DNA from: Nymphaea colorata
Lineage: Eukaryota
DNA length: 64,000 bases
Assembly (NCBI RefSeq): GCF_008831285.2
Contig: NC_045138.2
Coordinates: 24,490,001-24,554,000, forward strand
Direction of reading: 5' to 3'
The first letter of the stretch is position 1. Each line of letters opens with the position of its first letter. Positions 13,019 through 25,678 of the stretch are shown piece by piece. The notes below the pieces were generated by a model. The model was not told the origin of the DNA. It was given only the letters and a program-made list of their open reading frames with translations, and ran no database searches. A program made the position numbers and the translations under genes.

Positions 13019-13030
13019 TGTGTGTGTGTG
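12951..13030. repeat. (TA)n microsatellite with a (GT)n tail; other long (TA)n tracts at ~2458-2498, 7849-7896, 32963-33003, 37912-37961
   Basis: Seen directly in the sequence. Confidence 0.95.
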
Positions 13031-16000
13031 AGAGAGAGTTATGTATTGGATAGTCTATGCCCAAAAAAAAAAAACATAATGAAAGTTATATTAAGTTCTT
13101 TAGAGTTTTTAATTAACATAAGACCAATTCAAATTCACACACACACACATATACATGAAATGATGTTTTTGACATGTAAAGCTAACATTTGGGTAAGATA
13201 TTGATATATAATAATGTCTTTTTTTTCTGGCGAACATATAATCTGTTTGGCCATCCTAGAGGATTCGCATGAGGAAGATTTGCGTGGCGGTCATGACCTT
13301 GCCACTTTTCCCCCATTATCTTTAACAATTGAAATAATTGGCGTGCTAACATCGCCATTTGAAATTTCTCCACTCATGATCTTCTCCTGTTTTCACGTGA
13401 AAGTCAGCCCTCGCGACCTAAAGTCGCCCCATATAGAAGGCAAGGCACCGCGGATTGTTTTACCCTAATTATCAAACACAACTTTGTGTACAATACAGCT
13501 GATGGAGATGTCAATGCCATGAATTCAGTAATCTAAATGTTTGACAATCTATTGAATTTGTTCAAGTTTGGTTCAAAATTTCAAACCCATTCATAGCTGA
13601 CCTACTAGCGACTAATCAAAGTTTTCAACTCCCAACCAATATTTTAACTTGATTTTTTTGCTTCTTTCTCGTTATTATCTTAATTTATCGTTGCCACAAA
13701 CAATTTGTTGAATTAATTTATAAGTAGTCAATTTTCAAACCAGTAGAAAATAATTAAGATTTATGTTATTTTTTTTTTTTTCGAGAATGGCAGAGTAGGT
13801 GTTTGATCCTGGCCAAATTCCAATCCTTTGCGCTTGCCTCCACCACAGTTTCTCTCTTACCGCTAGCTGGCCGCCTATTGGTTCATAGAGCTTTACCAAG
13901 AATTAGATGAGGAAAATTATTGTGGGTAAGGACCAGCCGCATCAAATCGCATGAACCAGGTGATTCAGATCCAATTAATGGCAAAGTGATTCGAGTGACC
14001 CTCGACATACCATACATTTTTTACGGTCGTATATTATTTTGCTTTTGATAAATATTTTTTTAGAATATTTTTGCTGCTTCGACACCGACGCAGCTGAGTC
14101 TGTGAATCCGCCATGAATTCTTAAACTAAGCTTGCTGATTTTTTCTATTTGATCAACAAATGCAATTAACTCTGTTTGATAGACTTTGAGATCTCTTTCT
14201 TAAATCCCCCACTTTCTGGATTTATCTTTCTGTCCAAACCCATCGTCATCCACCATCTGTTTGACAAAACATCGCGCCTAAACACTACGCCTAACACCAA
14301 CTTGTAAAAAATCGTCGAGTCGCAGAAACTGTCAAATTTTAGTGGCCAATGGCCAAATTCACCGGCTATAAAATCAAATTTCTGATAACGACGGGAACAG
14401 GTGGGTCAGAAATGCGTGGGTTTTTGACGTTTCTAGGCGGACTGGGCCAACCCTGGGTCCATCTGGTCTAAAATCAGGCCACGAATGTTAGTTACTCAAC
14501 CCAATCCACATGGCTTGTTTTGGAGACTTATTTATGTGGGCACAATACCAATTGGATTAGTTCTCAGTTTCGCATTGAGCATGAACGGGGAAGCAGCCGT
14601 CCACATCGACTAGCCCAAGAATTTTTCTCACCAAACTATCCCTGTTTTGTTAGGTAACGAAATTAAGCCAGATATGCCAACTGACCAGTTATATACATAT
14701 ATATATATATGCTGATCGTGTCTCCCACCCAATACTAAATTGCAGTTTTCTGACTTTGCTTTGTGAATAAAAAAAAGAGACGGAATGCGTCTGATTTCAT
14801 GCAACGCAATAAGATCACATATTCGAAAAGTTCAAAATGGTGTTGCGAGCTCACGTGTAGTTTATTATTGTTTACTGAGTTTTTTTTTTATTCGGAATCT
14901 GCTTGTAGGTCAATTAGAGAAAAAATGTGAAGTGGGAATTGTACAATTCTACCTCCCGAATCGGATTTGGATTGTGAATTCAAAAAATCAAATTTAGACA
15001 TGGGACAAACTTTTTTCCGTTTGCATTCAAATCCGAATTTGAATGCAAAAATGTAAACACCCAATAAATGGGAGTAAATGCATCCCTAGTTTCATATAAC
15101 AATTCGCCAACAACAATTTTAAAATAGCCAACGGGCAGCCATCTCCTATGGGCAAAAGCTGGGTTGTCTTACTGTGTGCACACGGAAACAGTGGGGTGGG
15201 GGAGATTCTTAACCACAGCGCTGGCTCGAACTACCATTTAAAAAGTTAAGCAAGTTCCTGCCAAAACATGTTTAAGTTTAAGCTGCATTTTGATATTCCA
15301 TTCTTGACTCACTCCAATTGAAACTAAAGAGCAAATAACAAAAATAAAGCGGCAGGATTCTGAATAAAGAATAGTTTCTGAAAAAGCAAAGCAAAAATGC
15401 TTTAAATCTCACCCTTTTCCCGCGGTGGAAGCAATCGGATTACGGACCCGGGAGCGCCCGCCAGCAGTAACCGGTAAGAGTGGTGCCGCGGCCCGGACCA
15501 TGGCGGACGCGGCGTCCTCGCACAATGACGACTTTACCCTCTGCCTCCGCTGGACTCATCACCGAGCACCGAGAATCTTGTTCGTCCATTTGCAAGGGGT
15601 AAAAGGTAAATTACGCAAGCTGCAGGCGATGGCCCTCGAAAGTAACGCGTCGCATGTTGTTATCCGCAGAGGCTCGGCCTGCTCTGCATCCCGCAAGAGT
15701 ACAAAATATCTTCGCTTTTGTGTTGGGATTCGGTAAAAGCTACAGGTTTTAAAAAAATACTGACAATTCTTGGCTTTTTTGTTTTCATTATTTCGGTTGA
15801 ACAAGTTTAGCCGCGCAGATATGATCAATTATATGATTTTGATCTGAGACAAAACTGTCAATCAAACAGATGAAGAACTGGTGGTGGATCTTAGAGCATT
15901 TAAGCTTTTACCTTCACCCAATTCGTTTCTGTTTCCATCAGGAAAAAGAGGAAAAAAACGGCAGAAGGGGAAATGCTCACCGTCGAATAGGCGATCTTTG

Positions 16001-18000
16001 TTCTTCTTTTGTTTATTGTTTGTGAGGGTGGAGGCCATTAATGACTTCTGATTTCTCGAGCTCGAGCCAAAAACGAGACGATTTAACTGGAGGCGGTCAC
16101 GGTCTGCGGCTGCTGAGCCAAGAGTTAACCGTAACGGTGAAGCTCGAGGGTAAATTCCTGCTCCCAGCCGCCCTGACCGCGACGGTACGCAGACAGAGAC
16201 GGGCCGCCCCACCGTTTACCTCCGGCCGCCTGATTATTTCCACCGCAACTGTCTGATCAGCGGCGGCAGGACTCGAACCGCTTCCGCCGAATTCCGTCGT
16301 GGTTCTGCGGTCTTTTTCCCCCTCGCCCAAGCGTTAAAGGATCCGAGCCAGTAGTGCCGACTCGGTAGAGCATCGCCGCGATTTCCGGAGCTTATTCAAC
16401 TCCAAACGTGGGTGAGATCATCAATCGCGGTTGAAGACCAGGAAAAACGCGATATCGCGAAGGTTTTTTCTCTTCTTTTTCCCCTTTTTCCAGTCCCCCC
16501 GCTCCGGTTTCATAATAAGGCGAGGAGTCGCTTTCGCGTTGATATTGATCTCCCTAAGCGGTCGTGTCGCTCACCGACGCTTGGACTTCCCAAAAGAGAA
16601 AATCGAGTGGCTCGCTGCTTGTTTCGTCTCCGATTTCTGGACTGTTCTTGTTTTTAAAGGAGTCGCTTTCTTTTGGCTTTGCTTCTGGTGAGACCTTGTG
16701 TTTTACTCCGTGCTTTCGGGCTACAAGTAGCTCTCCGGAGTGTTACGGATTGTCGGCGGCTTCAATTCCCTTCTTTTATGTGTTCCCCCGGTAGAGCGAT
16801 CGATAGATCCCAAAATCTATAGCAACCTACTCTCTGGAGAGTAGTCGATCGGGAAGTTGCTTCAGATCGGCTTTTGGAGATCCTGACGGTCAGAGTGCCG
16901 GATTTTCACAGTCTCGCGGCCTTCGAACTTGTCGGACATTGAGACATCGACTGTCAGATGAGCTTGTTTCCTTATGAGATCTGCTGAAGTGTTACAGCTT
17001 AGAAAATGTCGGGTTCACTTAGCTCTCTTGCTGCTTGAATGCCGTAGATCGGGAGCTATCTGCGTTTGGAGTTCCAGAATCTGAGAAATCCTGATTGCTT
17101 TGGTTCTTCAACCAGGCGTTGCGCTCAAAACGCCGTCTGTCGAAGAATTTCTCTGCTTTGGCGACGAGATTAACCTGTTCCATTTTCCATTAACTTTTCC
17201 CGATATCTGGCCAACAGAGTAGACCGGAGAGTCCTCTGTTTCGAGGTACGCAAGCCTACGGTATGAAATCGTGATTCCCTGAGCTGTTTACTCAGCAACT
17301 TGAACTCGTATACTGTAGTCCAAGCAGAATATATCACCTTTTTCTTTCTCATTTTTCTTCGCCTTCACACTTGGCATCATCTGCAGAAATAGTATCGCCT
17401 GTCCGCTCTTCAACTCTGGCGCGATCTGTTCGTCCGAACTTGAAATCTGAACCGTCCATTTCCGTCCAATCTTTTCTTCGATTATCTCCTTTGTCCCGGC
17501 TGCAAAAAAGGTGCATCTTTTCACCGATCCGGTCGTAAAGATAAGAGTCAGATTCACGCGGAATCGCGTCCTGATCTCTCTCTATTTCTCTCTCTCTCAT
17601 CAAGTAGCTCCTAAATTGTAGCTCCTGGTGAAGTGCTCCAGCAGTTACAGCTCGGCTTCTTTAGATGAACTACTCGTTTCCCATGCACTCTCATGCCGCC
17701 CTCATGATTCTTTGTTAAAAGGGTGCCCCTTTTCCTGATATGCTCTCTCTTTTCCTTCGACCTTTATTAAAGAGCCGACAGTCTTGAGGGAGAATCCCAT
17801 TTCTTGTTCGCGGTCACAGAAGCCCAAAAAATCCGGACCGTCTCCGGAGTTCCGTCCGATAGCAACCCAAAGAAAACTCTCGTCGATCCTCCTGGTTAAC
17901 TCCTTCTGTAGGTTTTGTGGATAAGAAAAGAGGGGAAGAAAGAAACCGGCCCTCCCGATATAGAAATTTGGGCTTCCAAGGAAGGAGAAGAAAGAAGTAG

Positions 18001-18843
18001 ATGGGGAAGACGGGCAGAGACTGGATGCAGCTATACGCCACCTATGGCATGGAGGAATGGCAATCCCTTGTTTTCCTCTTCCTCCAAGCCTCTTTCTTCA
18101 CCGTCCTGGCCATCCTTCTGCTGGCCTACTTTGACATGCTTTGCATTTCCCTACATAATTGGCTCCCCTTCCTGCCCGCCGGGGCGCCGCGCTTCATTGC
18201 CGGATTCTCCGGCTGCCTGACGGCGCTCCTCGCCGTCTGCCTCTTTGTGGCCGCCGCCAACATTTGGTACTCCGGTGTAGCGCTCCACTGGGAGATGGCG
18301 CAGAGGATGGTGTCAATGGTGCCTGATTGGTCCGTCGTCAAGTACGCCCTCGACGTGGGGTGCGGCCGGGGGATTCTTCTCAACGCAGTGGCTCTGCAGC
18401 TGAAGAAAGAAGGCAGCTCGGGGAGGGTGGTGGGCCTCGATCGACGGAAGACGGTCTCGGCGACGCTGCGCACGGCGGCGGTGGAGGGCGTTCAGGAGTA
18501 CGTGACCTGCCGGAGGGGCGATGCTCGTTGCCTGCCTTTCTCGGACAATTACTTCGACGTGGTGGTCTCGTCGGTGTTCCTGCACACGGTGGGGAAGGAG
18601 CACGGGCAGAAGTCGGCGGCGGCGGCGGCAGAGAGGAACAAGACCATCCAGGAGGTAGTGAGGGTGCTGAAACCCGGCGGCAGGGCGGTGCTGTGGGATC
18701 TCGTCTACGTGCCCGAGTATGCGCAGCGGCTCTATGAGCTCCGGATGGAGGACATAAGAGTCTCGGAATGCGTCACCGCCTTCATGATGAACAGCCACAT
18801 CGTCTCCTTCCGGAAGCCCACCCTCCACCCTGACCAGGCGTAA
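18001..18843 (+). CDS. Membrane-anchored class I SAM-dependent methyltransferase (Methyltransf_11-like), intronless CDS, 280 aa
   Basis: Motif I ALDVGCGRG, acidic VVGLD, GDARCLPFSDNYFDVVVS and VRVLKPGG. Two hydrophobic N-terminal segments; GC-rich codons. Confidence 0.93.
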   Translation: MGKTGRDWMQLYATYGMEEWQSLVFLFLQASFFTVLAILLLAYFDMLCISLHNWLPFLPAGAPRFIAGFSGCLTALLAVCLFVAAANIWYSGVALHWEMAQRMVSMVPDWSVVKYALDVGCGRGILLNAVALQLKKEGSSGRVVGLDRRKTVSATLRTAAVEGVQEYVTCRRGDARCLPFSDNYFDVVVSSVFLHTVGKEHGQKSAAAAAERNKTIQEVVRVLKPGGRAVLWDLVYVPEYAQRLYELRMEDIRVSECVTAFMMNSHIVSFRKPTLHPDQA

Positions 18844-20266
18844 GCTTTGGTCCGATCTTCTTCCCTCTTTTTCTCTCTCTTTTCTTTTTTAAACGTTTTT
18901 GTTGTTCTTACATCAAAAATATGTAACGGAGATGAAACGGGAGTTTCACAGTCACCGGAGAGGGGAATGCTGTCCGGGGAATGTTTTTAGTTTTTACTGT
19001 TAAAAAGCAAAGAAGAAAGAAAACCAGTGATGGAGACGAAATGAGAGAATATCTCCGGAGAGAGGAATGCTGTCTGGAGATTGCAATTTCGAAATGTTGT
19101 CGAATGTAAAAAAACGTAACGCGTCTGTAAGAAAAAGGAATCATAAAGGTCGTAGTTGGATTTTGATGTTAAACTGTTTACTAACTTTGCTTTGAAGTTT
19201 TGGATGTTTATTGTTTTGGTTTTTGAACTTGGGGAAAAACCAAAGTCCTCTGGATTCAAGGGTTGAGTCGATGAAGAGATTGGAAGGCAGAATGAACCAA
19301 CTTGTGAAGAATCAATTATCGTTCCGCAAAGTTTTATTCTGTAGAAACGTCCTTTGGCTTGGCGTTCTACTTGGGTTGTAAAGTTGTCGTATGAAGCGCC
19401 GATTTTAAACGGGTTTTGGTGGGGAACTCTGCCTGACAATTCCATCTTCAGAGAGAGAATATGCTAAACGTACGAAGGACCCGTGGAGGACCACACGGTC
19501 TTCCATTGACCTGCCTGCAACACTTGCAGTTCTCTCCCTCTCTTTGTGCGTGAGCCAAACTCTCCATTTGGAAAATATCGAGCCTCAGGAGCAACAAGCG
19601 ACAGAATCAGCTGCTTTCCAAGACCATGATGATAATTCGTTAGCAAACCCTAAGATCAGTTATCAATTCCCATGTTCATAAATGATCAAAGAAGAACTTA
19701 GTGAGGGTAGAAGAACACATGGTTAACCAACCTTTAAAACATCGAATTCTGGTCGTGAATAAATAATTGGACTTGGTTTTTAGTGACGGGTTTAAAGGGC
19801 GTCGATCTTTGACGTGGACGTCATTTGTATTGGTGTACCATCTACACCAAATCCAGTTCACCGTCGAGTTCCTTCCAGCCGTCAGAGCCACATTGAATAA
19901 TGTAGAAGTGAATTAGCGCAGGAAGAACAAGCTAGAAGTGCATACTCTTTCTTGAGTTACAGAGCTACTTCATGCATTATTGCATTTGACCCAGGCTGCA
20001 TCACCCTCTCTGGACCTTTTCTTCCCATGAAACCGATTCAATTTGCCCTCAGCTTGACCCAAACCCATATTTATTTTTGCTGTCCTTTCCAGTATGCTTC
20101 TTGTTTCATGCAGCCTTTTGGCGGGAGCAAAACTAATTTTAACAGAAACAAGTTGGACAACTTAGAGGAGAGAAATTTCCACAGCCTTTAAACTCAATTT
20201 AAGAGGTTAAAGGAGTTTTGCTGCATGGTTCATCACCACCGCTGCATGGTTCAAAGTAAGGTGAAC

Positions 20267-20391
20267 TAAGGCTGGGCACGGTTCGGGCAGCTGCCAGGTA
20301 CTCGGCTCAACTCGAGCCCGAACCTAAGAAAAAGGAACCCGGGTCGGCCCGATTCGAGTCGAATAATTGATTTTTTTTTAATTTTTATGAT

Positions 20392-20423
<32 letters not shown>

Positions 20424-20571
20424 ATGTTTTATTACAATTAATTATATTTATGTATGATTTTATATTTAAAAATATTTTTAAATTTAATCGGGTCAGACTC
20501 GGGCTGTGGCTCAGTTGTATCGGGCCCGAGCCTGGTTTTTGGATGTTGGGCCGACCCAATGCCCATGCTTA
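20267..20571. mobile_element. MITE related to the 12484-12794 family
   Basis: Ends TAAGGCTGGGCA ... TGCCCATGCTTA, CCCG/CGGG-rich subterminal regions, AT/(TA)n core; TSD not evident. A one-ended relative lies at ~28972-29216 (ends CCCAAGCCTA). Confidence 0.65.
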
Positions 20572-20651
20572 GTTTAAAGTGTTCGCCGGACGGGGTATCG
20601 TCCCTAGCTGGAATGCTCACAACGGGCCATATTTTGGCAGAATGTCCAATT

Positions 20652-20845
20652 CAGGGGTAGAGCCAAAAATTTTTCATGAGGGGTGTTGAATTAAAGTTTT
20701 GAAATTTTAGCTAAGGTCGAAATACTATTTTTCAAAAATTTTTATATACAACAATTGAAATTTTCTAAAATATACATTTAAAATTTTTTTTTTTTAAGGC
20801 CCAGCTAGAACCCATGCTGGCCCTACCTTGTCTCCGCCGCCCCTG
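20652..20845. mobile_element. hAT-type MITE (CAGGGG...CCCCTG family)
   Basis: TIRs CAGGGGTAGAGCC / CTCCGCCGCCCCTG; 8 bp TSD GTCCAATT / GTTCAATT (7/8). Reverse-complement relative of 59837-60030. Confidence 0.8.
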
Positions 20846-23800
20846 GTTCAATTCTATTTCACATGATAGAAAAAAAGAAACAAAGTCACTGTCTTCACCA
20901 ATGCCTGAATCAGTTGCCAAGATACATGATACCAAATGCTTGGTGTGGGCTGCGGAAAAACCAAGCACATAAAAAATTTCACTGGAAAAATGAAAAAAAA
21001 AACATTGTAATGACTTAAAACTTATGAGGAGCTCTCACATCAGCCTTGTACTGGTCAAAATATATTAGCGCTACTACTGGGTCTTGTACTTCTAAAATGC
21101 ACTGCAATTTGCAAACATAAAGAAAAGCAGTAATCATGGAAACTAGGGCCTAACTGTTCTTTAGTTGCTTTAGAAACTGATGACCCTGTTGATCTAGTGC
21201 AGAACAGTACGATTTGCTTCTTTTCTCATGCAAATGATCATTGAATCCAACATGATAATAATAATAAAGCAGAACAACCCCACCCAAGGTCTTGGCCCAA
21301 CTTTCAAAGTAAGGAAAATTAAAAGGAGAAAAGTAACGATCGTTGTCATGGGGACGTTAGTTTTTTTTTGCACCAAATGCATTGGAGTTCACACCCTTCT
21401 GGTACTTGGCGACCCTTCAAATCTCAAAAACGTAAGTTCATTTCTCCTTCATATATATATATCTATATAGTTGTCATGGACTATGGTGAACATGTCTTGG
21501 TGGGGGGGAATTTAATAGAAGGTTAATTTGAGGCAGTGGACCGACTTGGCTTCTGGAACGAGTGCAGGAAGAAGAAGAACTCACCTTTACCAAGCGCGAG
21601 CACATGGTTCACATGGACGGGTGGTGCTTTATTGATTGAAACTGAAGGCATCTATTGCAAATCTGCTTTTATATTTTTCCTCCACGGAGTACAAGATACG
21701 AATGCATGAACTGGTTTCTTTGTCCATTTTTTCCACATTCTCGACGTTTTCTTGTACATCCAACAGCTATAAACAAGAAGCTAGGGAGCTCTGTTCCCTA
21801 GCAAAGCAAGTAGTTGATTGAAGTTAAGAGATCGACAATAAGACTACGAACAATTTAAACCATTGACTAAGGCGTTTGCTTGTTTCACGTAGTTCTATGT
21901 CAAAATAGGCCCATTTTGCTAGGAAAATAGTAATATTTATTGCTCTTAAGTGTAAGCATAACAAAGGTGGAACCCAACATTTTCATGTCAAAGTTGAGTC
22001 CTACTTCCCTTCATGGCAATTGCATTTTGACCTCAAAATTCAATCCCATAAAAAATGTTGTTTAGTAGAGAATATTGAACCAAAACAATGCTATAAATTT
22101 TAGAGTGTAATTCAGACCATGGACAAATGAGCCTGTTCGGGATATGTTGTTCATTTTTTCAGAAAAGGTAACTTCACAATGATATTTATTTTTTTTTCAT
22201 TTACAAAGGGTATTTCAGTAATTGCATATCCCCTAACATGCAACCCATGTTAGTTCCTGAACCTTTTGCCGTCTTTAGTTCCCAAAAGATGTTGACAGTA
22301 TTTCGCTAAATGCCTGTTTGATACAATGGTGCATTAAACAGGCATGGAAATTACTGCAGTTATCCTCTTTTTCATCTTTGTCTCCACGTTGTGAAGATGA
22401 TAGTTTTCTTCTTCCACAATATGAGAGAGAAAAAAAAAAGAAATATTGCAATTATCTAACAGTAAATTGCTTTCACTGATTGAGATCATACTTTGTAGTT
22501 CATTTTTATTTTGAAAAAAAAAATTTAAGCCTTTACGTTTTTTTTTCGCATCCCTGTTTCAGTTTCTTCTAGTTTTTTATTTTTTGAATTGAAAAACATT
22601 TTTAATCAACCAGATTCGCGAACAATTCCAATCCTGAATCGATTCAGTTCATGTGCTGAATCGCATGACTTTTGGTTTCCATTCAAGTATTGATCTTAGT
22701 GGCATTATGCAAATGAAATATTTATGGCAAGAAACTTTGACAATGATATGAAGATGATTTTTGTACGTGTAAGTGGAAACTGTAACTTGAAAACGTTCGG
22801 CAATTGATTTTTCAGTTTCTGATCTTTCCAATGTATCCAATAGAAAAAAATTGGATTTTGACTATATAATTAGGTTTTTTCAAAGTAGGGATCTACACTA
22901 TTCAATTATGACTGTGTGAAGAATGTTATTTTAACTTTTTACATTCCCAATGCAATGGTTGGGGCAGGAATGCAATGGTTGGGGCAGGGGGGTCGATTCC
23001 CATTTCGAATCCCAGTGGCATCAACCTTTGTGCTGCAAATGGGGGCCACTGACTTGCAAGCTGAAGTACAACATGGGTGACATCTCGAGATACCGAAAGC
23101 AGACCATATACCTTTGGGGATAGAGCTTAGGTGGAGAGCTTTGGCCCTTTTTTGGACGATGCCGTGAGTCTTCAATCCATAGGTATAATTTGTTGTGGTC
23201 TTTTTTTATGTTTGGAAAAAATTCACACCACACGCCATGGTCCATAAAGTTCTCAGGTAGGTCGAACCCAAGATTCACACTTGAGATGCTCATTCCCCTC
23301 TATGGAGAACACTGTCAAAAGTTCTGATCTAAAAGATAAGAGGGGAGAGATCTTGATCCTAAATCCCAGGAATTCAAAATCACAGGCTCTGCATTAATCA
23401 AAATAGATTTGACCTCAATCTTATTGTGAAAAGTACAAAACTAATTTTTGGAGGCGTTTGATTACTTGGGATATAATCTTTTGAGATCAGATTCTCCCTT
23501 TTAGGATCTCGAATCGTAACTTCTATTAGTGCAAAAATGTAAAGCTGAAAGTCATACACAGGTTCTAGACATGGCACGCTGCAATCCCAAAGTATTTCAA
23601 ATAAGACTGGGAACTAGGCCGGGTCAGGACCATAAAAATGGGCTCACCCAAGCTGGGCACTAGGCTGGAGCTATTTGGAATTTTTGCGAACTTTTCATAT
23701 AGGGTGAGCATATGGTAAGATGGATTGTGAATCGTGTCACGATGAATGATTAAATGTGTCCAACCTTCCATTTTTGAAGTGAACATGAAAACTCAAAACA

Positions 23801-23902
23801 ATAAGAGTGGTATTGCTTAGCAATTCTCTTGAAAATATTAAAAACCAAGAAGATTTGTAAAAGCATAGCGTGGTTACATCGTCAGCAAAATTCAGCCCAT
23901 AA

Positions 23903-24219
23903 GATGTGTTTGATTACCTTCAATCAATCTATGATTCAAGGTGCTTTACTATCTTGGGGATCTTAGACTCTAGAGTCCTTGATTTATAACAAGAATTTGA
24001 ATCTTATGTTCAAAAGATGTGAGACTGACACCATGACTTTGTAAACTTGCTCAAGTCCATAGGCCTCCAGTCCGACCTTCTGCACCTTGACTTGAGATCC
24101 ATGGAGTTGAAGCATAAAGGAGATCTTAGATTTGGGCTTCTCTACAATTTGTTAGAGCCATGAATTCAAGGTAGGTCCACTGTCAGACCCTTTAAAATCC
24201 ACGGTAATCAAACGCTCCC
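23903..24219. mobile_element. Degenerate Tourist/Harbinger-like MITE
   Basis: Ends GATGTGTTTGATTACC ... GGTAATCAAACGCTCCC. A second left-type end GGCGTTTGATTAC lies at ~23453. Confidence 0.45.
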
Positions 24220-25678
24220 AAGTGGAGCTTTCCGGGCGTACTCCTAAAAAGTGAGAGACTTTTGAAGAACTTACAAAAGTTTTCTCCATCCCAGGCCAAC
24301 TGAAGATACTGATAGCGTCATTGAGTCAAACACGGTGGAGTCTGTCGCATGACATCCTGCACTCTTCCCACTACTCCACTTTTAATTCATCCGAGTTTTT
24401 CGCCAATCCTGTCGCTCAACTTAAGGTGCATTAAAAAGAAAGAATGGCACAGTTCATTCACGCTCAAGGGACTGCCTAAAAAATATGGTACTTACTGATC
24501 TTACTGCCATCTACCACGTAATTTAATGCATCGAGATCAAAAGACAAGCAAGTGGGAAGTGATACGCACATACAAGGGACTGAAAGAGTGGCTTGCAACA
24601 GGACAGAAGATGGGAATTTTCTTTCTGCAGGATTAGTTTGCCTTCTGAATCTGAACAGCAAATTATGAACAAACAGTAAGGGGAGAGAGGTGGCAGCAGC
24701 TCACAATGGGCGTGGAGGCCTCACATGATTCACTTCTGACCCTCACATGATTCTTGTTTCATCCAATATAGATCTAGATGGAGTTTTGGGAATCCCACCC
24801 CTTTCTGCAATTAACAACCACATGGAGTTTGGTGCCAGACATAAGCACCGGTGTTCTCTCTCCCCCCCACCACCAGCACCGTCCGACTGGAAGATCCAAA
24901 GGCCGTGATCTGTCCATGGCGGGTCCCCCGAACTGGTCCACCGTTTGGAAAAAGCGCTCGGTGAAGGGACCCACCGGAAAAGTTCTGTGTCACCGGGCGT
25001 CACTCTTCTTGAAGACAGCTCACTGGATCCATCTTGCCTCTGGTATATAGAGGGTTTGGAATGTGGAAGTTTTCTTGGTGTTGCTGTTGAAGATGCTGAT
25101 TATTGTTCATAAAGAGTGGGCAGTGGCCAGGTTGTGCCATGCGTGGCTTCTTTTCCGATACCATAAATTTCGAGTGGCAGAGGCATAAATTCGAGCATTA
25201 ATTGGAACATCATATGGTAAGAAAAATTTGGCAACGCAGTGAACAGTTTCTGCGACACGGGGCTCCTTCGTCCCCACAGTGAGAAAGAGGATAGAGCATT
25301 CTATCAGTAGGTGTACATTCCAAAATGGAACAAGAGAGAAAGCCACATCTAAAAGTGGTCAACAAGCAGCGGAAGGGAAAGATAGAGAGAGAGCTAAATT
25401 CCAAACAAGAAAATTTCAGAAACCAGGGAAGGCAAAGAACAGGGAAGAATTCTGTTTCAATAGCACTAGGAGGACCGACTATGTACAACAGCGAAAAGAG
25501 ACTAATAAGCCAAAAGAGCATTCGGTTTTCCCCACTTCAGATAACTTCCATTTACAGCAACTTCTCCAGCCACCGTAAAAGTTTCCGGTGCACTGACTGC
25601 CGGAATAATATATTTCCCGAGAGAAAAGCCACAGAAAAAGTGGAGAAGCAAAATTGTGGAAGGGACTCCAAAGCGAGA

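Noticed and set aside
13182..13373. EKFQMAMLARQLFQLL resembling a LINE post-RT motif
   Set aside because: The expected upstream GGLG motif and other context are missing; may be chance.
15425..16794. Multiple 70-116 aa ORFs in the GC-rich region (likewise 45100-46860)
   Set aside because: Overlapping in many frames, often non-ATG starts, no domains; expected in GC-rich regulatory DNA.
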